Shown here one piece after another: positions 57,245 through 64,000 of a stretch of DNA of 64,000 nt. Each line of letters starts with the position of its first letter. Position 1 is the stretch's first letter. Both the position numbers and the translations under genes were made by a program. The notes under the pieces are model-generated. The model made no database searches. It saw only the letters and a program-made list of their open reading frames with translations, and was not told the DNA's origin. The DNA comes from Longimicrobiales bacterium (GTDB lineage: Bacteria; Gemmatimonadota; Gemmatimonadetes; Longimicrobiales; Gaopeijiaceae), in contig OZ220732.1 of assembly GCA_965116905.1 (NCBI GenBank), positions 416,001 to 480,000 of the forward strand, written 5' to 3'.

Positions 57245-60172
57245 TCAGAAGTTCACGGAGAGGTTCAGGATGAAGATCCTCGGCGGCGCCATGTTGTAGT
57301 ACTCGTTGGGCGTCGAGTCCCCGAACCCGTTGTCGTTGGCCTCGGGATCCAGACCGCGGTAGTTGGTCCAGGTCATCAGGTTCTTGCCGGCGACTCCGAT
57401 CTGGGCGCTGCGGGCGCCCGGCACCATGCCGTCCGGCAGACGGTAGGTTATGGATGCCGAGCGGATCTTGAAGAAGTCCGCCAGATCGGTCCACATGCCC
57501 TGGTCCGAGTACGGCCCGATGCAGCGGGCAATGTCCGAGGCCGGCAGGCCCATCTGCGCCACCCGCGACGAACCCGACCCGCGAAGCGAGTAATACATGT
57601 CCTGGATCGCGGGGCATCCGTCGCCCGGCCACACGCGCCTGCGCACGTTCTGGTACGCGATCCCGATGGGCCTGACCATGCCGTACTGGCCCTCGCCGAC
57701 CAGGTCGATCGTCAAAGAGCGCCACAGGGTCAGGCGGGTGTTGAGACCCACCGTCTCGGTGGGGAACAGGTTGCCGATGTTCCCCTTCTCGTAGTCGGGA
57801 AGCTCCCCGATCGCATCCGGATTCGTCAGGGTGTCGTCCCAGCGTATCCATAGCGGAAAGCCCAGTTGGCGCGAGGTTCCCAGATCCTCCAGGGGACCGA
57901 GATCGGTGATTTCGCTGTCGTTGGTGGTGAAGTTCACACCGATGTCCCACTCAAGGTTGTCGGTCCGGACGGGTACGAAGTTGATCATGGTCTCCGTACC
58001 CCAGTTCTTGACCTCACCGAGATTGCGCCAGGTGCATTCCTCCGTCCCTCCGGAGGGTGCCTCCTGAACGCAGATCAGTGCATCCCGCGTGGTCTGGTCG
58101 AACGCCGTGAACTCGACGATCAGCCGACCGTTCAGGAAAGACGCGTCGGCCCCGTACTCCAGTTCCGTAGACACTTCGGGGCCCAGATCGGAGTTGCCAA
58201 GGTTGGCGATGATGACGGCGGGCACCTGCTCGTCGGCGGATGTCGCCTCGTAGGTGCGTTTGGCGTCGAATGCACCGGGCGCCTTGCCGGACTGGCCCCA
58301 TGCCGCACGCAACTTGAAGGTTTCGGTCCAGTCGAAGGGGAAGAACTCCTCGTCCGAGACGGTGTAGGCGGCTTGAAGCTTGGGATAGGCGGCGAGACCG
58401 AAGCCCTCGCCGAACGTGCTGAAGCCGTCCCACCGGATTCCACCGGTCAGGAAGAGCTTGTCGTTCAGCCCCAGAACCTCCTGCAGGAAGAAACCACCAC
58501 TTCGTTCAATGATTCGGTTCTCGAAAACCCTGGGATTGTTGCCATCGCCCAGAACCTGCTCGCCCGGTCCGGCAAACAGTTCGTCGAAGCCGTTCATCGT
58601 GTAGTTGAACTCTTCGTATACCTGGCCTCCCCAGGAGAAGTCCGAAGTGACGTTGTTCAACGGACTGTAGGAGAAGGTCCCGCTGTAGTCGAAGGTCAGA
58701 TTGCGATCGAACTGCTGATCGATCTCCCGGTCGCCGGTCGCCTCCTCGTAGAAGCCCCATCCCTTGAAGTCGATGAAGTCCGACGAAGTGTAGTCGATCC
58801 CCACGTTCATCCGGTGCGAGAACATGCTGTTCGGTGCCCATCCAACCGACAGGCTGGTCACATACTGGTCGAGATGGGTCAGAATCTCGTTCTCCAGTAC
58901 CAGCGAGTCGTCGTTGCCCGGGGTGTACCCACGGTCCCCGCGCAGCACGTTCAGGTAGAGACCCGATGCGTTGTTGCCGTTGGGGATCCAGGTGATGTTC
59001 CGGCGCGCATAGCTGCTGTTCAGCTGTACGTTGAACCCTTCGGCCGGCTGGAAGGTGATGTTGGCGCGAACGTTGTAGTTGTCCGCCCCCTGCGGATCCA
59101 CCACGCCCTGCCGGTCGCCGTACTGGCCCGACACGAAGTAGGTCGCGTTCTGTCCACCGCCCCGCACGCTCAGGTTGTACACCTGGTGGCGGGCGTTGCG
59201 GAACCAGCTTCCGCTTTCCGGACAGCCGGGCTCGTCGACCCCCATCTCACCCGTCTGGTGGTTGAGGATACCCGGATCACGGCAGGTGTTGAGGAACAGC
59301 CCTGACGGGTTCACGTCAACGCCGGGGCCCTGGTGGGGCATCACGCTGAGACCCTGCTCGACTGAGGCCGTCCACGCCGGAGCTCCCGCCACCCCGCGCT
59401 TGGTGAAGATCTGGATCACGCCACTGGACGCTTCGGTACCGTACAGCGTCGTCGCGGCGGGCCCCTTGATCACCTCCATGCGCTCGATGTCGGCCGGGTT
59501 GATCATGTCGAAGGCCGAAGGCGTCTGCGCGCCCTCGTCGTCCGAGCCGATCGGGTTGTTCTCGAGACGGACCCCGTCGACGTAGATGAGCGGGTTGTTG
59601 CCCTGCTGCAGGGAGTTGTTGCCGCGCAGCCGGATCTGGCTGGCCGCGCCGACCTGCCCGCTGTGGTCGTTCACCTGTATGCCGGTGGTGCGTCCCTGCA
59701 ACACGTCGCCGAAGTCGGTAACCGCCGTGTACTGGATGTCCTCGGCGACGACCTGGCTGATGCTGTTGCCGACCTCGCGCCTGCGGGCCTGCCCTGCCGT
59801 TCCGGTCACGACAACGCCCTCGAGGGCAATGGCGTCCTGGCGGATGTTGAAGTCCGCCGTCGCCGCCCCTCCTGCGGGCACCGTCACCGTCAGTTCCGTG
59901 CTGCCGTAGCCGATAAGGTCGACTCGCACGGTCTGCTCGCCGGCAGGGACGTTCACGAGCAGGTAGCGACCCACGTTGTTGGTCAGCATCCCCAGCGTCG
60001 TCCCGGCGATGGAGATCTGGGCGCCCGCCAGCGGCGCCTGGCTGACCGCGTCTCTGACGCTCCCTGTCACCGTCCCGTTCTGCGCGGCCAGTTGGGCGCT
60101 GCCGACGGTGAGAAAAAGCGAGGCTCCGAGCACGACCATGTGCACGGAGCCTTTCGGTGGAAGAAGCCGCAT
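57245..60172 (-). CDS. SusC/RagA-like TonB-dependent receptor
   Basis: N-terminal carboxypeptidase-regulatory-like domain; plug IRLRG...PLIYVDG...INPADIERMEVIKGPAATTLYG..ASSGVIQIFTK; C-terminal Phe; AAGGAGG ribosome-binding site. Confidence 0.93.
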   Translation of the reverse strand: MRLLPPKGSVHMVVLGASLFLTVGSAQLAAQNGTVTGSVRDAVSQAPLAGAQISIAGTTLGMLTNNVGRYLLVNVPAGEQTVRVDLIGYGSTELTVTVPAGGAATADFNIRQDAIALEGVVVTGTAGQARRREVGNSISQVVAEDIQYTAVTDFGDVLQGRTTGIQVNDHSGQVGAASQIRLRGNNSLQQGNNPLIYVDGVRLENNPIGSDDEGAQTPSAFDMINPADIERMEVIKGPAATTLYGTEASSGVIQIFTKRGVAGAPAWTASVEQGLSVMPHQGPGVDVNPSGLFLNTCRDPGILNHQTGEMGVDEPGCPESGSWFRNARHQVYNLSVRGGGQNATYFVSGQYGDRQGVVDPQGADNYNVRANITFQPAEGFNVQLNSSYARRNITWIPNGNNASGLYLNVLRGDRGYTPGNDDSLVLENEILTHLDQYVTSLSVGWAPNSMFSHRMNVGIDYTSSDFIDFKGWGFYEEATGDREIDQQFDRNLTFDYSGTFSYSPLNNVTSDFSWGGQVYEEFNYTMNGFDELFAGPGEQVLGDGNNPRVFENRIIERSGGFFLQEVLGLNDKLFLTGGIRWDGFSTFGEGFGLAAYPKLQAAYTVSDEEFFPFDWTETFKLRAAWGQSGKAPGAFDAKRTYEATSADEQVPAVIIANLGNSDLGPEVSTELEYGADASFLNGRLIVEFTAFDQTTRDALICVQEAPSGGTEECTWRNLGEVKNWGTETMINFVPVRTDNLEWDIGVNFTTNDSEITDLGPLEDLGTSRQLGFPLWIRWDDTLTNPDAIGELPDYEKGNIGNLFPTETVGLNTRLTLWRSLTIDLVGEGQYGMVRPIGIAYQNVRRRVWPGDGCPAIQDMYYSLRGSGSSRVAQMGLPASDIARCIGPYSDQGMWTDLADFFKIRSASITYRLPDGMVPGARSAQIGVAGKNLMTWTNYRGLDPEANDNGFGDSTPNEYYNMAPPRIFILNLSVNF

Positions 60173-60299
60173 GGGCCCTCCTTTCTGATGCGGGGACACA
60201 CTGGTGGCGTGCCTCCCTGGAATACCTCAACTGCCATCATGGGGCGCGCCTCGGCCAGGCGCAAGCAGGAATCGCGGCCGTGGGACGGGCCAGGAGCCC

Positions 60300-61115
60300 T
60301 CAGCGGCGGGACCGCGGGGCCACCGAACAGTCGGTAAGGGTGCTGCACGTCACCGTGAGGCGCGTCCTGTCCGCCTCGGGCACCGACAGGATCGAGACCG
60401 CCGCGACCGCCTCCCGCACGTCGACCTCGAGCGGAGGGCGGAACGTGATGTGCACGCGCCAACCCCGTCGGCCACCCGCTTCGTAGCTCTCCAGCTCGGC
60501 ATCGCCGATCCACGGCACGGCGAGCAGCTCGCGGCGCAGCACCGAGACATCGGCCTGGGTGCGCGGCCCGGTCCCGAGCCCCAGGGTCAGCGTCTCGTCC
60601 GAGAAGGGGTAGTTCTCGCGCCAGCGGTTCAAGGCTTCGTTCACCTCGCGCCATCCCGCCCCCGATTCGAGCAGGTGGCGCGCGTAGTCGTGCAGGAGGA
60701 ATTCGTTGTGCTTGACGTCGGCCCGCAGCGCGTCCTCGAAGTGTGTCACGAAGCCCGGCTGGTCCCCCTGCATGATCGACTGCACGCCCTTGAGGAAATC
60801 CGTGTCCGGGTCTTCCGGATTGACTTCGGAGAGGACTTCGGTCATCTCCGCCCACTCCTCGCTGTCCCAGTCGACGGGATCGCCGGTGCGGGCCAGGTAG
60901 AGCTCGCGCAACCCCACGACCGTCCCCACGCCGTAAATGACGAACAGGATCCGGTACCCCTGGAATACGGCGCGTACACGGGCCAGGGCGGACGGCCGAG
61001 GGGTGGCGCCGCGCGGGCGTGCCGACCTGGCGGGTTGTCCGCGCGCCGCTCCCGCACGCCCCCGTGATCCGCGAGCGCGCGGGCGTGCCGACCTGGCGGG
61101 CTTCCTCCGGGCCAT
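60300..61115 (-). CDS. Hypothetical membrane-anchored protein with a TPR-like helical region
   Basis: One TM helix; helical DTDFLKG...FEDAL region; starts 3 nt after the upstream gene; duplicated N-terminal PARSARPR. Confidence 0.6.
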   Translation of the reverse strand: MARRKPARSARPRARGSRGRAGAARGQPARSARPRGATPRPSALARVRAVFQGYRILFVIYGVGTVVGLRELYLARTGDPVDWDSEEWAEMTEVLSEVNPEDPDTDFLKGVQSIMQGDQPGFVTHFEDALRADVKHNEFLLHDYARHLLESGAGWREVNEALNRWRENYPFSDETLTLGLGTGPRTQADVSVLRRELLAVPWIGDAELESYEAGGRRGWRVHITFRPPLEVDVREAVAAVSILSVPEADRTRLTVTCSTLTDCSVAPRSRR

Positions 61116-61118
61116 TCG

Positions 61119-62201
61119 CTACAACCCTCCCTGCACCTGCTTGTCGCGCACCTTCCAGATGAAGGAGTCGACATAGTAGTGCAGGAGCGCGTAGGCGTAC
61201 AGCATCATCTGCGACCACAGCTCGTAGCCCCCGGCGTAGTCGAGCGCCGGAATGTTGAACTGCGGAATCGCAGGATACGGGGCGAAGTTGACGACCCCGA
61301 AGCCGAACTCGTCCAGGGGACGGTTGATCAGCAGCTGGAAAGCGACCGCATAGGCGCCGCCCAGGACCAGGAACCACCGCAGCCGTCCCGTACCGACCAG
61401 GCGGCTCCAGAATCCGGGCCGCGAGGCGCCGGTGGCCTGGGACCGCTGCATGAAGGCGTACACCATCACGATGTACTGCACCCCGTGCATGACCCGGTGG
61501 GCCACCGCGTACAGGAGGATCGAGTTGGTGTGCCACGCCACGAAGTACCAGAGGAAGTAGCTCGCCCCGATAAACCCGTACTTGACGGGGTTGATGGGCT
61601 GCCCGGCAGCGACGGTTTTGCGCAGGTGCAGCAGGTAGAGGACGACGTAGCCGAAGGTGACGATCCAGCTGAGCGTCAGGAGCGTGTCCACGAACCCCAC
61701 GGAAAGGGGGATCTGCATCCGGTGCAGTTCGCGGATCCACAGGCCCCGGAACATGGGCGCCTGCAGGAACATGTTCCCGTAAAGGATCCAGTGGAGCGCG
61801 AGGTCGTACTTGCGGGTGCTCTCCAGTCCCGTCCGCGCCTTGAAGTCGTAGACGCGGCTGAATCCGTGCTGCTGCATGATGCTGTGCTGGTGGTCCCACG
61901 CCGACACCAGCAGAAGCAGCGTAATGGGCGCCCAGATCAGGCCCGCCGCGGTCAGGGAGAAGATGGCGATCGGGCCCACGATCAGCCGCGCCTTGAAGCG
62001 CTGCCACACCTCGGGCATGCCGTAGCTGCGCACCCAGGTGGCGTAGTGATGGGGCGTCGTCACCCACAGGTTGATCGACGCGACCGCCACGTACGGAAGC
62101 CACGCCTGGAAGCCGAGCGCGAGCGCGACCGCCGCGAATGGCAGCCCCAGAAACCACACCGCGTCGGCACGGGGACTCAGGATATAGCCCGTCCTGAACA
62201 T
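61119..62201 (-). CDS. Hypothetical polytopic membrane protein with His clusters
   Basis: PHHYATW, WDHQHSIMQQHG, HRVMHGVQY, LHYYVDSFIW; about 8 TM helices. Confidence 0.75.
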   Translation of the reverse strand: MFRTGYILSPRADAVWFLGLPFAAVALALGFQAWLPYVAVASINLWVTTPHHYATWVRSYGMPEVWQRFKARLIVGPIAIFSLTAAGLIWAPITLLLLVSAWDHQHSIMQQHGFSRVYDFKARTGLESTRKYDLALHWILYGNMFLQAPMFRGLWIRELHRMQIPLSVGFVDTLLTLSWIVTFGYVVLYLLHLRKTVAAGQPINPVKYGFIGASYFLWYFVAWHTNSILLYAVAHRVMHGVQYIVMVYAFMQRSQATGASRPGFWSRLVGTGRLRWFLVLGGAYAVAFQLLINRPLDEFGFGVVNFAPYPAIPQFNIPALDYAGGYELWSQMMLYAYALLHYYVDSFIWKVRDKQVQGGL

Positions 62202-62283
62202 GCGTTGACGGTATGCGCGGACGGGGTGGGGAGCAATGCGCGATGCGGCGCCTGGGGGCTGCCGGACCTATGCGCGCCTGAGC

Positions 62284-63441
62284 CTAGAGGGGCTCGATCT
62301 CGGCGAGAATGTCCCGGCCCGCCACGGCGCGGACTCCCGCCGCCATCGGATAGGTGTCGCGTCCGACATGAACGATGTCGAGGCTGGTCAGGCCGAGGAA
62401 CTCCATGGCCGACCGCATCGACCGTGTGACTCGCGGGGCGTCGGTCCGCTTGAACTCGTAGCCGCGTCGCTGCCGTCCCCGCACGACAAGCAGGTCCAGT
62501 TCCGCACCGCCGTGCACCGACCAGAAATGGCACTCTTCGGGGCGCGCCTTCAACTGCCGCACGACCTGCTCCAGAGCGAAGCCCTCCCAGCTCGCTCCGA
62601 CTTTCGGATGTCTTCGAAGGTCCTGCGCTGTCTCCAGGCCCAGGAGCGCGTGCAGCAATCCCGTGTCCGCTATGTAGACCTTGCTGGACTTGACGATGCG
62701 CTTCCCGGGATTCTCCCGCCACGGGCGCAGTTGGCGAACGACGTATGCCCCGGTCATGATGTCCAGGTACCGGCGCACCGTGGTTTGTGCCAGCCCGAAG
62801 GCACGCGCCAACTCGGACCCGTTCCATGTCTGGCCATGGTAGTGGGCCAGCATCGTCCAGAAGTCGTGCAGGAGCCTGGACGGCAGGGTGATCCCGAGGC
62901 CGGGCAGGTCCCGTTCGACGAACGATCGAATGAAATCGCGCCGCCACTCATGGCTCGCCGCTTCGTCCGGAGCGAGCCAGGAGCGGGGAAAGCCCCCCCG
63001 AAGCCATAGCCTGTCCCATCTGTCGGACCCGACTTCGGCCAGGTCGAAGCCTCCCAGTTCGTGATATCCCAGTCGGCCGGCCAGGGACTCCGATCCCTGC
63101 CGCAGCAGCGCCGGCGACGCGCTGCCGAGGACGAGGAACCGAGCCGGCAGCGGTGTGCGGTCGGCGAGCACCCTCAGTACCGGAAAGAGGTCGGGCCGGT
63201 GTTGCACCTCATCGATGACCACAAGACCCCGGAGGGGATCGAGGGTGAGTGTCGGCTCATCGAGGCGTGCGAGGTCCCGCGGGTCCTCCAGGTCGAAGTG
63301 AGCTGCGGCACCCATTTCGGTGGCCAGCGCCCGTGCAAGCGTGGTCTTCCCCACTTGTCGAGCACCGAGGAGCGCGACGACGGGGTTGTTGCCCAGCTTT
63401 CGGCGCAATTCGGCCAAATGGGAGGGTCGGGATATCAACAT
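62284..63441 (-). CDS. AAA+ ATPase (AAA_14) with a winged HTH and DUF4143 PD-(D/E)xK-like domain
   Basis: GARQVGKTT, IDEVQ, LGSAS, ESLAGR, RGGFP, KVYIADTGLL, ELDLL...YEFK. Confidence 0.9.
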   Translation of the reverse strand: MLISRPSHLAELRRKLGNNPVVALLGARQVGKTTLARALATEMGAAAHFDLEDPRDLARLDEPTLTLDPLRGLVVIDEVQHRPDLFPVLRVLADRTPLPARFLVLGSASPALLRQGSESLAGRLGYHELGGFDLAEVGSDRWDRLWLRGGFPRSWLAPDEAASHEWRRDFIRSFVERDLPGLGITLPSRLLHDFWTMLAHYHGQTWNGSELARAFGLAQTTVRRYLDIMTGAYVVRQLRPWRENPGKRIVKSSKVYIADTGLLHALLGLETAQDLRRHPKVGASWEGFALEQVVRQLKARPEECHFWSVHGGAELDLLVVRGRQRRGYEFKRTDAPRVTRSMRSAMEFLGLTSLDIVHVGRDTYPMAAGVRAVAGRDILAEIEPL

Positions 63442-63444
63442 GTA

Positions 63445-63476
63445 TGAAAAATGAGTATTAAACACTCATATTTCAA
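63445..63476 (-). promoter_or_regulatory. Promoter of the AAA+/DUF4143 gene covered by a 12-bp-arm inverted repeat
   Basis: TGAAAAATGAGT-N7-ACTCATATTTCA (11/12 match). Minus strand reads TTGAAA-N17-CATTTT-N6-ATG. Confidence 0.7.
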
Positions 63477-63579
63477 GGACTTGCCCACCGACCACGGAAG
63501 CGGCAGACTCCGATGGACCCTGCGGGCGCCTGCCGGCGGTGTCCCAGGCAAACACGAACCAGGATTCCGGAGCCCCCCC

Positions 63580-63972
63580 ATGCTCTTCGCAGCTCACTCG
63601 GGCCTGCGCTACCTCGTGCTGGTGGCTGGCCTCTTCGTCGTACTCTACGCGCTCGTCGGGTTCTTCGGAAAACGCGAGTACTCGGCCGCAATGGCCAGAT
63701 TGGCCACGGTCTTCACCGGACTGCTGCACCTGCAGATACTGACGGGCGTGGCCACGCTCTTTTCACGACCGTTCTACACGCAGATGATCGGTCACTTCTT
63801 CCTGATGCTCCTGGCAGCGGGCGTGGCACAGTTCACCACCAGCGTGACGAAGCGCCGCCCGCCCGAGCAGAGGAGCTACGGACCCCACCTTGTGGGGGGG
63901 CTTGCGGCGCTGGCCCTCGTGGCCGCGGGCGTCATGGCGATCGGCCGGGGGTTGCTGCAGAGCACGATGTAG
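63580..63972 (+). CDS. Small 4-TM membrane protein with conserved-looking His residues
   Basis: GGAG ribosome-binding site; HSGLRYL, LHLQ, GHFFLM; four hydrophobic segments. Confidence 0.7.
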   Translation: MLFAAHSGLRYLVLVAGLFVVLYALVGFFGKREYSAAMARLATVFTGLLHLQILTGVATLFSRPFYTQMIGHFFLMLLAAGVAQFTTSVTKRRPPEQRSYGPHLVGGLAALALVAAGVMAIGRGLLQSTM

Positions 63973-64000
63973 AAGAGGGCCCCCCGCGAAGGAGGGGCTC

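Noticed and set aside
60173..60265. Cobalamin or TPP riboswitch in the susC leader
   Set aside because: Only about 70 nt follow a TTGCGC-N17-CATGAT promoter-like sequence, with one small hairpin and no recognisable riboswitch consensus.
63975..64000. Terminator-like hairpin after the last gene
   Set aside because: The stem is imperfect and cut by the window edge, so a U-tract cannot be seen.

Overview
A high-GC bacterial chromosomal window. The gene content (SusC/SusD-like pair, stand-alone plug-domain lipoprotein, VPS10/BNR protein, many secreted peptidases, FN3 lipoprotein) resembles Gemmatimonadota; this taxonomy is inference only. No rRNA, tRNA, CRISPR array, transposase or integrase was recognised. 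From left to right: tricorn protease (cut by the window edge); higBA toxin-antitoxin module; a form-II-like molybdenum hydroxylase cluster coxSLM-coxD/coxE interrupted by a serine hydrolase; an AraC-like regulator divergent from an operon encoding a Tat-exported PLP aminotransferase, an unusual MacB/LolCE-type ABC system with an AttH/CrtC-like domain, and an amidase; split xdhC plus sufU; M14 peptidase, CPBP protease, Ppx/GppA; large NAD-glutamate dehydrogenase; Mre11/Rad50-like YhaO/YhaN pair; GT87 and GT2 glycosyltransferases, pgeF; FN3 lipoprotein; sucA; a binding protein-HAMP-MFS operon; M28 peptidase, quinone oxidoreductase, DEDDh exonuclease, VPS10 protein; outer-membrane proteins and susCD; a His-rich membrane protein; an AAA+/DUF4143 ATPase. 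The most striking observation is an apparently split ABC permease. Its C-terminal half (13927-14787) is a separate gene with its own signal peptide. The complementary N-terminal half is fused to an AttH-like lipocalin-fold domain (16682-18151). Other leads are an output-less HAMP protein between a binding protein and an MFS antiporter, AT-rich patches inside genes, 21-22 bp promoter repeats, and many apparently leaderless genes. All family calls come from motif recognition by eye, not database searches.
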